From Phycisphaerae bacterium (GTDB lineage: Bacteria; Planctomycetota; Phycisphaerae; UBA1845): a DNA stretch of 64,000 nt. Location: contig CAXXGO010000006.1 in the NCBI GenBank assembly GCA_963666835.2, positions 1,632,001-1,696,000 of the forward strand, given 5' to 3'. Below the pieces are notes generated by a model, which saw only the letters and a program-made list of their open reading frames with translations, was not told the DNA's origin and ran no database searches. A program made the translations under genes and the position numbers. Positions 9,629 through 19,490 of the stretch are shown here, one piece after another. Within the stretch, counting starts at the first letter, position 1. Every line of letters begins with the position of its first letter.

Positions 9629-10903
9629 ATGTCTGGGTGGTTTCAGGTTTGGCTCACCCTGGCCGCTATTGTCGGAGCGGGGTGGCTGGTTCGCTTGATT
9701 GTGGTGGGCTTTGTACTGCGCGGGCGGATCGTGCTGACGTCCGACTCACACGCCGGGCCTCTGGCCGACGCTCCGCGGATTTCCGTGCTGGTGGCCGCCA
9801 GGGACGAAGAGAAGAACATCGAAGCGTGCATCTCGACGCTTCTGGTGCAGGACTATCCCAACTTCGAAGTGATCGCCGTCGATGATCGCAGCGACGACCG
9901 GACGTTGGAGATTCTCCGCCGCTTTGAGCAACAAGCCGCCGGGCGGCTCCGGGTGGTATCTGTGGAAGGCCGGCGTGCGGGTTGGTTCGGCAAGAACAAC
10001 GCCATGCACGAGGGGGTAAAGGTCGCTACGGGTGACTGGCTCTGTTTCACCGACGCCGACTGCCGACAGGTGTCGCGGCGTACACTGTCGGTGGCGATGG
10101 GGGAGTGCCGCGCTTGTGACGTGGAGTTTCTCTCCATTACGCCGGTGCTCGACACCCGCACCGTCTGGGAGCGCATCACTCAGCCGGTCTGTGCGTTGGT
10201 GTTGATTCTGTGGTTCCTGCCGTCGCGCGTGAACAATCCGGCGAAAAGAACCGCCTATGCCAATGGCGCATTCATGTTGGTGCGACGCGACTGTTATGAC
10301 GCGATCGGCGGACACGAACGCCTGCGCGACAAAATGAGCGAGGATATCCACATGGCCCGGATAGCCAAGGATATGGGCCGCCGTCTTCGTGTTGTCGAGA
10401 ATGACGACCTCTACCGCACGCGAATGTACCGCACCGTTGCGGAGTCGTGGCGGGGCTGGAGCCGCATCTTCTATGGCTGCCTGGCGACCGCTCCGCGGGT
10501 GGCGACCTCGGCTTCGCTCGTGATTCTGTTCTCTGTGATGCCTTGGCTGAGTTTGATTGCCGCATTGGTTGGTTGGGCGATGGCCGGGTTGGATGACACT
10601 TCCTCGGCAACGGTGGCTCCGACGGCAGCCGCCTCGGGTGCGGTCACTCCGGCGACGGCATCCGCGATGCCGGTTTCTCCCTGGACCCTGGCGGTCGGCT
10701 TGTGGGGATTGGTTGTGGGCCTGAAGCAACTGGTAATGTGGCGGCTTTATCCGGTGCTCAAGGTCGGCCGATGCTGGTCGTTCACGTATGTGATCGGTGC
10801 CGTCATAGTATTGGGTATGCTGGGCAGTGCTTTCTTGAAGGCCCTCGGCGTTACGCATACGCATTGGCGTGGCCGCACGTACGGCAAGAACGCGTCAGAA
10901 TAA
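9629..10903 (+). CDS. membrane GT2-family glycosyltransferase (CrtQ/HpnB-like)
   Basis: ISVLVAARDEE, VDDRSDD, GWFGKNNA, FTDAD, ANGAFML, SED, C-terminal TM helices and HWRGRTY. Confidence 0.9.
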   Translation: MSGWFQVWLTLAAIVGAGWLVRLIVVGFVLRGRIVLTSDSHAGPLADAPRISVLVAARDEEKNIEACISTLLVQDYPNFEVIAVDDRSDDRTLEILRRFEQQAAGRLRVVSVEGRRAGWFGKNNAMHEGVKVATGDWLCFTDADCRQVSRRTLSVAMGECRACDVEFLSITPVLDTRTVWERITQPVCALVLILWFLPSRVNNPAKRTAYANGAFMLVRRDCYDAIGGHERLRDKMSEDIHMARIAKDMGRRLRVVENDDLYRTRMYRTVAESWRGWSRIFYGCLATAPRVATSASLVILFSVMPWLSLIAALVGWAMAGLDDTSSATVAPTAAASGAVTPATASAMPVSPWTLAVGLWGLVVGLKQLVMWRLYPVLKVGRCWSFTYVIGAVIVLGMLGSAFLKALGVTHTHWRGRTYGKNASE

Positions 10904-10984
10904 GTGGGCGGGAGTCTCTGTTGGGCACGTGCCCCAGCAAGCTAGCCATGCGGGACCGCGCAACAAAGACTCCCGACCCCTTTT
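10901..10984. repeat. second copy of the AAAGGGGTCGGGAGTCTTTG inverted-repeat element
   Basis: Degenerate left arm starting at the GT stop codon (19/23 match to the reverse complement of the right arm); intact right arm CAACAAAGACTCCCGACCCCTTTT at 10961-10984. Confidence 0.8.
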
Positions 10985-11017
10985 TAGGGGTGTACACTTG
11001 ATGGCACCTTGTTTATT

Positions 11018-11758
11018 ATGGATCGCATCATGGCTGACTTGGCGGGAACAGACACGAGTGCGGCGCCGATCCGGGTCCTGTTGATCGAGGACGATGTGGC
11101 GTTGGCTGACACCGTCCTCGGTTGTCTGCGCGCCCGCGGATACTCGGCCGAGTTCGCAGCCGATATCGCAACAGGCCTGCGGCTTCTGTCTGAGCCCCGG
11201 TTCGATGTTGTCATTCTCGACCTGACGCTCCCCGACGGAGACGGCCTGCACCTGGCAGCACATTTAAGAGCATCGGGCAGCGAAATCCCGATCTTGATGC
11301 TCACGGCCAGAGCCAGTGTCCCCGACCGGGTAGCCGGTTTTCGCCACGGGGCGGACGACTATCTCTGCAAGCCGTTTGATGTTGAGGAGCTGGCGGTCAG
11401 GCTCGAGGCTATCGTGCGGCGAGTGCGCGCCGGATCGCGCCATCTGGTTCGCTACGCAGACCTGCAACTTAACCTGGTGACCAGAGCTGTGCAACGGCAG
11501 AGCATCCGTGCCACGCTGTCGGACCGCGAAGCCGGATTGCTTGCTTATCTTATGACTCATCCGGAAGAGGTTCTCCAACGGGATCGCGTTCTTGAGGCGG
11601 TGTGGGGAGATGAGGCCGAAGATGACAGCAACGTGCTCAACGTCTACATCAACTACTTGCGCAACAAGATCGAATCGCCGGACCAGCCGCGGCTGATTCA
11701 CACGATCCGCGGGGTCGGATACATGCTCTCCAGGAAGGACCCGGACGACAGGTCATAG
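11018..11758 (+). CDS. OmpR/PhoB-family response regulator
   Basis: LLIEDD, DVVILDLTLPDGDG, GADDYLCKPF, winged helix LIHTIRGVGY; start uncertain (11018 or 11030). Confidence 0.95.
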   Translation: MDRIMADLAGTDTSAAPIRVLLIEDDVALADTVLGCLRARGYSAEFAADIATGLRLLSEPRFDVVILDLTLPDGDGLHLAAHLRASGSEIPILMLTARASVPDRVAGFRHGADDYLCKPFDVEELAVRLEAIVRRVRAGSRHLVRYADLQLNLVTRAVQRQSIRATLSDREAGLLAYLMTHPEEVLQRDRVLEAVWGDEAEDDSNVLNVYINYLRNKIESPDQPRLIHTIRGVGYMLSRKDPDDRS

Positions 11759-13687
11759 GTCCGGCGGGTTTTCGGCATCGTCCGGTTGGTCGGCGCTTGC
11801 ATCCGGCCTCAACGGCTCCGCCGCGCCGTTAGCATAAGGCAGGAATATTCGGAAGGTCGTCCCCGCGCCCGGCTTGCTCTGTATTTGCAGAAAGCCGCCG
11901 GCGTTGTTTACCGCGGCGTAGACGATCGCCAGGCCCATCCCGCGTCCCCGTCGACCCGCGCGCGATTTCGTGGTGAAAAACGGTTCAAACGCGCGTTTCT
12001 GGACGTCGGTGGACATTCCGCTCCCGGTGTCTTGAACAACCAGAAGCGTGTACGGCCGTTCCTCTGTTGTCTCGTCGGGGTGTCGGGCCGTAACGGCTTC
12101 CACGGAAAGAAGCAGATGCCCGCCGTCGGGCATGGCGTCCTTCGCATTGCGCAGAAGGTTCAACACGATCTGCGTGAACTGGTCCGGGTCCATACGGGCC
12201 TGGACAGACGGTGCCAGCCGCTTTTGCACCTCAATGCCGTCGAAGAATGCGTGGTCCATCGAACTGACAATCAGCTCGATCGTATCTGCAGGGCAGAACA
12301 CCTGCGGGTCTCCGTGGGCGCTGCCGGCGAAGTTGAGCAACCGCCTGGACAGCCCGGCCGCGTGCTGGCACGCCCGCAGCGCCGAGCTAATCCGCGAAGC
12401 GTTCTCAGAATCGGGGTAATCGGCGGCAAGCGCCGATAGCGTGCCCATGATGTTGGCCAGCAGGTTGTTGAAATCATGCGCCAGACCTCCCGCCATGGTG
12501 CCTACCGCCTCCATCGTTTCGGCTCTGCGGAGCTTCGTTTGAAGACGCTGCTTCGCGGTGACATCGCGAAGGACAATAGCAGCGTAGCGTGCCTTGCCGT
12601 GATCGATGCGATAGACGCGGACATCGGCGAACCGATCGGCATCGTCACCCGCGAGTGCAGCGAACTCCGCATCGACGGCGCGATACCGCCTGCCATCCGT
12701 GATAGCCGCCCGGATGACGCCCAACCAGTCAATGGTTATCGAGCGCCATTCAGGCCAGACGTCGAGGATCATCCGGTCTTCGTGCGTGCCGGCCTCCACT
12801 CCCAGTAACTTGGTGTCGCCGTCATGGTATTCGATGACCTTACCGTCGCGGTCACAGATCACGACGGCATCCCGTAGGTTCGCGAACAACGCCCGGTGTT
12901 TGGCCTCCGACGCCTGCGTCTCGGCTTGCGCATCGGATACCGATTGAGCCATTTCATTCAGGGCTAGTCCCAGTCTCCCCAACTCATCGACGGACCGAGG
13001 CACCGTCCGAAAGGCAAGGTCGCCCTCGCTGAATCGCTGGGTCGCCTCCTGGAGGCTTTCGATTGGAGTGAAGAGCCAGCGCCGGATCAGCATGGCGCCA
13101 AACACTACGAGCAACGCGGCACAGGACCCGACGGCGATTGTCAACGCGAGGATTTGTGTTGAAGTGGCGGCGACGTCGCGTGTTGCGTGATTGCGAATCT
13201 CGTCGAGAGCCGCTTGGGCCGCAAACAAGTGAGAATCCAGCTTGGGAACGAGTTCATCCTCGATACGCCCGTTCAGCAACCGCTCCGCCTCGTCGAGCCT
13301 TCCGGCCTCCGATAGAGCGAGGCACTCATCCGACTCGCTCTCCAGCGCCTCGGCGACTTTCACGGCGGGCTGCCACAGGACTTCGCCCCCCGCGTGCGGC
13401 TCGAACGAAGCCACTTGGCGCAGCTTCGTCAGAAACTCATCTCGCGCCTCGAAGTACGGGCCGGTAGCTTCGCTTCGCCCATCTACCACATTGTGAAGTC
13501 GGCGGGTCAGCACCGCCAAGTCGACGCGTAGTCGCCCGACCTGTGCCGTCTGCCCCGTGACCTGCTCGAACTCCTGTACCGCGCGTTCAACCTGCCATTG
13601 AATCGCGTATATCGTGGCGGCTGCGGCTATTACGGCAAAAACCGCAAAGGCCCCCAGCAAGAGCATCAAGCGCCGGCGAAGGCTCAT
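11753..13687 (-). CDS. membrane sensor histidine kinase (4HB-HAMP-PAS-HisKA-HATPase)
   Basis: Two TM helices, HAMP, AGGLAHDFNNLL, NLLRNAKDAM, DTGSGM, FEPFFTTK, GMGLAIV. Confidence 0.93.
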   Translation of the reverse strand: MSLRRRLMLLLGAFAVFAVIAAAATIYAIQWQVERAVQEFEQVTGQTAQVGRLRVDLAVLTRRLHNVVDGRSEATGPYFEARDEFLTKLRQVASFEPHAGGEVLWQPAVKVAEALESESDECLALSEAGRLDEAERLLNGRIEDELVPKLDSHLFAAQAALDEIRNHATRDVAATSTQILALTIAVGSCAALLVVFGAMLIRRWLFTPIESLQEATQRFSEGDLAFRTVPRSVDELGRLGLALNEMAQSVSDAQAETQASEAKHRALFANLRDAVVICDRDGKVIEYHDGDTKLLGVEAGTHEDRMILDVWPEWRSITIDWLGVIRAAITDGRRYRAVDAEFAALAGDDADRFADVRVYRIDHGKARYAAIVLRDVTAKQRLQTKLRRAETMEAVGTMAGGLAHDFNNLLANIMGTLSALAADYPDSENASRISSALRACQHAAGLSRRLLNFAGSAHGDPQVFCPADTIELIVSSMDHAFFDGIEVQKRLAPSVQARMDPDQFTQIVLNLLRNAKDAMPDGGHLLLSVEAVTARHPDETTEERPYTLLVVQDTGSGMSTDVQKRAFEPFFTTKSRAGRRGRGMGLAIVYAAVNNAGGFLQIQSKPGAGTTFRIFLPYANGAAEPLRPDASADQPDDAENPPDL

Positions 13688-14559
13688 CGGCCGGCCTCAG
13701 CCTGATACGCCCAATCCCAGCGCTCCTCTTCCGGGTGTGCACTGGTCAGAACATGCCCGCCGACGAACGCCACGATCGTCTTTCCACCATGCCGTTTCGA
13801 TGGCATCCAATAGCGGTTGTTGCTGTAGGGGTCGTCAACGTTTGGCAGTCCCGGTGCTATGTAGAACGGGTCGATTCCCGCGCGGAACGCCGCTTTGCCG
13901 TCCACATCCATTACCAGAGGCGCGTATGGATGATTCAGAACCCGGGAGGCGACCCGCGTAGACGCTGCCGGTGCAAGCACTTTCCGGCTGCGAAACTCGA
14001 CAGTCGCACGATAAAGCCGCATGTTGAAAGCGAGCGATATGTCCTCGAGCGGACCGACCGCCTCACCGCTGCACGGTAAGCCTCGTCTTCTCGTCAGGTT
14101 GCGGGCGCTCGCCGGACAGAGCATCGGCTCATCGCCAACCTCGAGTTCCGCCGTATGGTCTTCCGGCAGGTCCCAGAATTCGTCGAGGCGGTACAGACTA
14201 TCTTGGAAGTCGTTGATCCAGAATCGGTTTCGGCCGAGCGTTTCGCTGTCGCCGCGTCCTTCCGCGCTCCTCCCGGAAGCGAACAGCTCGAACTCCACCG
14301 CGATAGTCCGCATGTTTGACGAACAGTGCAGTGTTTTGGCAGTTGTGCGAACCTCGTTGAGGGCCGGCAGGAGGACCGCCATCAAGACGGCAATGATCCC
14401 GATTACCACGAGTACTTCGAGAATCGTGAAGGCACCGGAGCCTGCTCTTGCCCGGTCGGCGCGCGGTCGGCGCAGCACCACCGCAGACGGAAGTCCCCGG
14501 AAATCCATCTCGCTACGCAACGTGATCACCGCCCATTGCTCGCGCCTATCTCGCTTCAC
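13684..14559 (-). CDS. prepilin-type N-terminal cleavage/methylation protein (DUF1559-like)
   Basis: AFTILEVLVVIGIIAVLMAVLLPAL followed by CSSNMR; C-terminal RHGGKTIVAFVGGHV (H-X9-DG-like); start uncertain. Confidence 0.85.
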   Translation of the reverse strand: MKRDRREQWAVITLRSEMDFRGLPSAVVLRRPRADRARAGSGAFTILEVLVVIGIIAVLMAVLLPALNEVRTTAKTLHCSSNMRTIAVEFELFASGRSAEGRGDSETLGRNRFWINDFQDSLYRLDEFWDLPEDHTAELEVGDEPMLCPASARNLTRRRGLPCSGEAVGPLEDISLAFNMRLYRATVEFRSRKVLAPAASTRVASRVLNHPYAPLVMDVDGKAAFRAGIDPFYIAPGLPNVDDPYSNNRYWMPSKRHGGKTIVAFVGGHVLTSAHPEEERWDWAYQAEAGR

Positions 14560-16082
14560 CTCGGCCCGTTGGCCGGTCCCGTCAGGGCGTCGATAAACGC
14601 CCCTACGTCCTCGCAGTCAACACGATTGTCCACAACCAAGTCCAAAGGAGCACAGGGCATGCCGCCCGACCCTCCTCGCGAAAAGCACGTTTGGAAGCCG
14701 GCCACATCCATCAGATCGACATCACCGTCTCGATCGCTGTCCCCATCTCTGAAGATCCGTGATACGTCCAGGTCGCTGACGAGGCCGTCATAATTGACGT
14801 CGTACATGCTGAAATCAGAAGCGAATTCCTCGATCGTGACGACTCCATCCTGGACGCCGTCGTGAGCATCGTGATGGGTGATGTACTGGGCAATAAGCTG
14901 AGCATCACGCTCGGTCCAGGCCCCGTTTCCGTTGACGTCCCCACTTACCACGTCGGGATATGCGTCGGTCCAAACGAAGTAGACGCCGGATGGATCGGGT
15001 TGGGTGTGACTCGTGCCGAGCAGCACCGTTATCGACCAGTCTGCCGGATCCAGGTGGTCGGCGGAGATCCGCTCCGCCCAATCAACGATGATGTCCTCCT
15101 CGGGCAGCCCCGTGGGATACGCGATCACGAAGGACGCGCTGTCCGCAAGGTCGTCCAGAGCTTCTTGCACCGAGGCATGATCGGTAGGATCCTGATTGGA
15201 CGGCTCGGGCGGCTCGCCGTGCATCAGGCCCGCGCCGACGTTGGTCATGGGAAATACCAGCGACAGAATCGTGACATCCCCGGCGGGATCATGGCGAAAC
15301 CGCAAGTGTGAATCCGGAGCGTACTCGCCGGGCACGCCCCCACCTTCCACGAAGCTGAACATCTCGAAGCCATGAGCACGGTGGAAGAACGGCCCGATGA
15401 TATCCCAGGTCTCTCCCTCTTCGAACATCCCGTCTCCGTCTCCCGTAACCTCCTCGATGTCGCCATACCCGAACTGCCAGCCGAACAGCGCCAGGTGGAA
15501 CTCTTCTCCGTGGCGCTCGACGAACGGTGGAGTCAAAAAGTTGCCGTCGAAGTCCGCCTCCCGCGTGGCCATGCGGTTGCCAAACGCGGCCCGTAGGACT
15601 CTCCCACCGAACCGGGCGATGTTTCCGAGATACCGGTAGTGCGGTGCGTCAAGCTCCCCGCCGGTCCAAATGTCGTTGTCCATGTCGATCTCGACGAATC
15701 CGTAGACGGGGTGATCGCCGTATCTGAACGGATCGAACGCCAATGGATCGACGTTGCCGGGCGGGTTGACCAGATGGTTCAATACCAGCTCGAGGCGTAG
15801 AAACGGACCGCCGACCGTAAATGATCCCGCGAACAGGTCCGTCTGGGGATCGTTCGGGGTCCAGGCACCGGCCTTCAGTTGCCGCAGGTCGATCAGGCGA
15901 TGCGCCTGCGGGTCGAAGGGCGTATCCGCGCCGGGATCCATGACTCGCGGTACGGCGTCGTTTGGCGTGTCGTCGAAGGCGATATAACCGATCTGTGCCG
16001 AACTGGACGTCAACGCGAAGAGCAACGCCGCGCAACATGCCAGCCGTGGCAAACATCGGCGGATTCGGACGACGGATCGCAT
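14556..16082 (-). CDS. secreted acidic protein with C-terminal dockerin/EF-hand-like repeats
   Basis: Signal peptide ending SSSAQ; GDVNGNG, DVNYDG and GDSDRDGDVDLMDVAGFQTCF Ca-binding-like loops. Confidence 0.7.
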   Translation of the reverse strand: MRSVVRIRRCLPRLACCAALLFALTSSSAQIGYIAFDDTPNDAVPRVMDPGADTPFDPQAHRLIDLRQLKAGAWTPNDPQTDLFAGSFTVGGPFLRLELVLNHLVNPPGNVDPLAFDPFRYGDHPVYGFVEIDMDNDIWTGGELDAPHYRYLGNIARFGGRVLRAAFGNRMATREADFDGNFLTPPFVERHGEEFHLALFGWQFGYGDIEEVTGDGDGMFEEGETWDIIGPFFHRAHGFEMFSFVEGGGVPGEYAPDSHLRFRHDPAGDVTILSLVFPMTNVGAGLMHGEPPEPSNQDPTDHASVQEALDDLADSASFVIAYPTGLPEEDIIVDWAERISADHLDPADWSITVLLGTSHTQPDPSGVYFVWTDAYPDVVSGDVNGNGAWTERDAQLIAQYITHHDAHDGVQDGVVTIEEFASDFSMYDVNYDGLVSDLDVSRIFRDGDSDRDGDVDLMDVAGFQTCFSRGGSGGMPCAPLDLVVDNRVDCEDVGAFIDALTGPANGPR

Positions 16083-16395
16083 GTTTGGGACATCCACAAC
16101 CGGAACGCCGGTCCGCGGCCGGCCATGCCCGGCGTTAGCACCTGCCGCCGGATGAGACCCCGACGCCGCACAAACGCCATCGCCGGTCCGGACCGAGTCA
16201 TTGTAGCACATTCAGCACTGAATCCGAAACCCGCTGCAGGGGGGCGTTGATAAGAACCCTCTAATAATGCACGGAGGGTGTACCGGTTCAGGTGCCGGCG
16301 GCCGGTGTTGTTGATGTGCGTTGACGCGGGACTTGGTACGCAATGGTCGGCCGATCAGGTCAAGCGTACCGCGTCGGCATGTTGAAGTGAGAAGT

Positions 16396-16427
16396 CGCCC
16401 CCGGTGGCTCGATACCATCCGGGGGCG
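16396..16427 (-). terminator. GC-rich hairpin, possible terminator
   Basis: CGCCCCCGG...CCGGGGGCG downstream of the 16511 gene; weak U tract. Confidence 0.4.
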
Positions 16428-16510
16428 CTCCTCCTGCAGTGGTCAATCGTCCCTCCGGCTTCCGCACCAGGCCCGTGTCTCACGACCTGGGCACGGTCGA
16501 CGACGGAGGG

Positions 16511-16918
16511 TCATCTCTGCGGTGACGGATCCTCGATCACACTGACGGTGTCAGAACCGTCGAACGGCACTCCGTCGGTGGTGGTGCCGGTCAGCACCAG
16601 CGTTGCCTCCGGCGGCGCCACGAGCGCCTCGATTGACGCCTGGTCGAATTTGGCCACCAGATTGCCACGACTATCCGCCTTGACCAGCACCGGCAAGACT
16701 CCGCTCAACGCCAAAGATGTGCGATCGACAACAGCGAGCGCAATATCCGTATGCACGGTTACTCGGTCCCCTTTGTCGCACCCCAGAACGATCGTCTTCG
16801 GTGAGATAGAAATCGTGACGTCGATCGTGGTCTCGGACGATCCCAGGCATACCGCCCCTGGAAGGTAGGCCGCCAACACAACACCCAGTACGCCTGCTAA
16901 TACCAATGGAACTTTCAT
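16511..16918 (-). CDS. small secreted hypothetical protein
   Basis: GGAGG RBS, signal peptide, beta-rich body. Confidence 0.75.
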   Translation of the reverse strand: MKVPLVLAGVLGVVLAAYLPGAVCLGSSETTIDVTISISPKTIVLGCDKGDRVTVHTDIALAVVDRTSLALSGVLPVLVKADSRGNLVAKFDQASIEALVAPPEATLVLTGTTTDGVPFDGSDTVSVIEDPSPQR

Positions 16919-17001
16919 GTCATTTCCTCCCTAAACTAGGTCGTTTACCTTCTAAGGCCCGCTGAATCCAAACCCGTCCGCCCTAATCACCTCGGGGCGT
17001 T

Positions 17002-17991
17002 TCACCCCTCAGTAGTAAGCAACACGGGGCGAGTATCCGTGGCGTAGCCCAACGTTCCGGACTCGTCGACCGGAACGATGACCACCTGCACGTACACCTG
17101 ACTCGCGGTGAACATCGAAACGTCCACATCCCAGAAGGCGACGGCATCTCCGGTCGCATCGGTGTAGATCTCTCCCATCCACAGAGGGTTGCTCTGTGCC
17201 GCCGCGTGATCCTCGCCGATCTTCACGTAGACATCGAAGCCGGTCTCGGGTACCGCGTACCTGAGCGTGGTCTTCACGGAAAGGAGCTCCCCCGCCGCGG
17301 GCTGAGCCTTGATGCAGCCGTACAGCTCCCCGCTGCCCCTTACATCTTCCGGATCCCCCTCCAACCGCTCATATAGCCCCATTGTCGTCTTGGTTCGGTC
17401 AGGGCGTCCATGAGTGGGGTGCGGGCCGCCCGGTAGCGCGGCCGACACGAATAAGATCAGTTCATTCTCGAACAAGTACTCCGCAGGATTCCAGAGCTCC
17501 ATGCGTTGCGTGTCGCAGCTCACGTCGGAACTGAGAACCAGCCACACCTTCGCGCCCACGCCGAAGTTGTCGTCGTATACGGCGGGAAGATCGCCGGTTT
17601 CCAGGGAGTTGTTGATGTGGACATTGCCGAATTCATCGGCCGTGCCGCTTCCCAGGCAGATCAGACCCTGTCCCGGCCACGGGTCCGGATAATAGATGAG
17701 GGTATAGTCAGCCTCCGGTACCATCCCGTGGGCGTTGAAGGTGAATTTAAACAGCGGGCCGGACCTCGCATAGTGCAGTTTTCCCCACGCGCCGTCCTCC
17801 ACAACTTCCCACGTCGCGGGGTCCTTTTCGTACAGATCCACGTGCCGGGTGTGAGCATGGTTCCAGGGTTGCACGGCAGGCATCTTATGCCGCTTGCGGC
17901 TCGGACCCCGTTCGTCTCCGGCGAAAGCCTGGACACCCATCGCGCCGACCAAGGCTCCCACACTGACAAGTAACGCAATCTTCTTCAACAT
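17002..17991 (-). CDS. secreted two-domain hypothetical protein
   Basis: AGGAGGT RBS before ATG 17991; signal peptide MLKKIALL...VQAFA; Trp/Tyr-rich beta domains. Confidence 0.75.
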   Translation of the reverse strand: MLKKIALLVSVGALVGAMGVQAFAGDERGPSRKRHKMPAVQPWNHAHTRHVDLYEKDPATWEVVEDGAWGKLHYARSGPLFKFTFNAHGMVPEADYTLIYYPDPWPGQGLICLGSGTADEFGNVHINNSLETGDLPAVYDDNFGVGAKVWLVLSSDVSCDTQRMELWNPAEYLFENELILFVSAALPGGPHPTHGRPDRTKTTMGLYERLEGDPEDVRGSGELYGCIKAQPAAGELLSVKTTLRYAVPETGFDVYVKIGEDHAAAQSNPLWMGEIYTDATGDAVAFWDVDVSMFTASQVYVQVVIVPVDESGTLGYATDTRPVLLTTEG

Positions 17992-18295
17992 CTGATCACC
18001 TCCTACGTAACTCCGCTGTTCAGTGAAACTCATGGATTACTAACGCCTTTGCTCGCGTGTGTGTGACCGCTTCGTTTACCCGCTCACCTCGCTCCGTTAC
18101 CCCGTCTGCCGAAAGTAGATGCCGCGAGCTCTACGAACAAGATTAATCAGAGGACGCTTATTATCGGCCTCGTGATTCGTGTCGGTGGCTGCACCTTCAG
18201 GCAGTGTGGCGGTTGAGGGCGGCGGCGGGCAAGGCGCGGCGGTGAGCGGCCGATGGATTAACTGAGCCCGAGAACAGTTGCGGAAGGAGTGTCGG

Positions 18296-18934
18296 ATGAG
18301 CGTGTTCGTTTGTATCCCCACCGCGAGCGATATTCGCAGCGAGACGACCGAAGCGGCGTTCCGGATTTGCGCCCGGCATGCCGGCGGGGCGGAATTCCGG
18401 GCGGTGCATGCCCAGCCTACGGACTTCTGCCGGAACGAGTGTGTCCGGCTCTTCTTGGCTTCTCCGCATAGGCACATGCTGTTCATCGACAGCGATGTGG
18501 TTCCGCCCGACGATGCTCTGGAGGTGATGCTGGCCGCCGGCCGACCTGTCGTCTGCGGGATCTACCCGCTCATGCTGGCCCACTCTACGATCTGCACGTC
18601 CGTCGCGCGGCGCGGTGCGAACGGTACGTATGACTTCCTGGGCGATTTCGAGAGCGAACCCTTCGAGGTGGACGCCGGGGGGATGGGGTGCTGCCTGATT
18701 GAGCGGTCGGTTCTCGAGGGGATGGAGTTTCCCTGGTTCAAGTTCGAGCAAAGGACCGATTGCAGGCTGATCGGCGAGGATGTGTACTTCTTCGAGAAAG
18801 CGGCGAAGCAGGGCTACCGACCTCTGGTCGTCCCGCAGATTCAGTGCTCACACCTGAGAACCGTGGATTTGCTGGATGTAATCCGCGCTGTCCATAAGTC
18901 CAGAAGTCAACGCTGCGAACCGGTTGGCGTATAG
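18296..18934 (+). CDS. small GT-A fold (GT2-like) glycosyltransferase
   Basis: VFVCIP, RNECV, LFIDSD (DxD), GGMGCCLI, GEDVYF; AGGAG RBS. Confidence 0.8.
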   Translation: MSVFVCIPTASDIRSETTEAAFRICARHAGGAEFRAVHAQPTDFCRNECVRLFLASPHRHMLFIDSDVVPPDDALEVMLAAGRPVVCGIYPLMLAHSTICTSVARRGANGTYDFLGDFESEPFEVDAGGMGCCLIERSVLEGMEFPWFKFEQRTDCRLIGEDVYFFEKAAKQGYRPLVVPQIQCSHLRTVDLLDVIRAVHKSRSQRCEPVGV

Positions 18935-18965
18935 CCCGGATGGAGCGTACGTTTCGATACCACTC

Positions 18966-18995
18966 GTAGGGCACGGTCGAGGTACGAGACCTGCC
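18966..18995 (+). repeat. GTAG-led REP-like palindrome (same family as the 43.1-43.4 kb array)
   Basis: GTAGGGCACGGTCGAGGTACGAGACCTGCC is the reverse complement of the array unit with one mismatch. Confidence 0.8.
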
Positions 18996-19078
18996 ACGAA
19001 GGCGTGGCCCGGAAAGACAAACCTGGGGCCGGCAGAATGTCAGGGTACGGGCCAGCAGTCGGGTGGCCCATCGCTTTA

Positions 19079-19195
19079 GGGCCTGTCGGTTTATTCGAAA
19101 TCGAGCGCACGAGTTGGCTGTCAAGAATGACAACCTATGTTCTGGCTCCGAGCCAACCATCTAAATCTCGCGAAACTGATTAAACCGACGCCCCC
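19079..19195. mobile_element. ~117-bp MITE inserted in a REP-like hairpin
   Basis: Imperfect TIRs GGGCCTGTCGGTTTATTC / GATTAAACCGACGCCCCC; TTTA (up to CTTTAG) duplicated on both sides; removing it restores the 9437-9466 hairpin exactly. Confidence 0.8.
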
Positions 19196-19331
19196 TTTAG
19201 CGGTGGGGGACTTGAAGAGACAAAGATTTGTCACCGCCGTATTAGAATCCGTAAGCCGTCACACGTATGGCACGTGCATCTAATGGATAGCACCTCTTCG
19301 GGGAAGGCTGCACGCCAACACTTGGTTGGTT

Positions 19332-19360
19332 GGGTGGCCCATCGCTTTGGCGGTGGGGGA
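19332..19360 (+). repeat. REP-like hairpin GGGTGGCCCATCGCTTT(A/G)GCGGTGGGGGA
   Basis: One mismatch to the copy at 9437-9465. Confidence 0.8.
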
Positions 19361-19490
19361 TTCGCCGCCGCAAGAGAGCCGCGTCGCGCATTTGAGTCGA
19401 GCGTTTCGACCCGCGGACGCGGACGAGCCCCGTACTTCTATACGCCCAAGTAGGGGCGCACGAGCTACGTCCGGAATCGAGGCCTACAAG

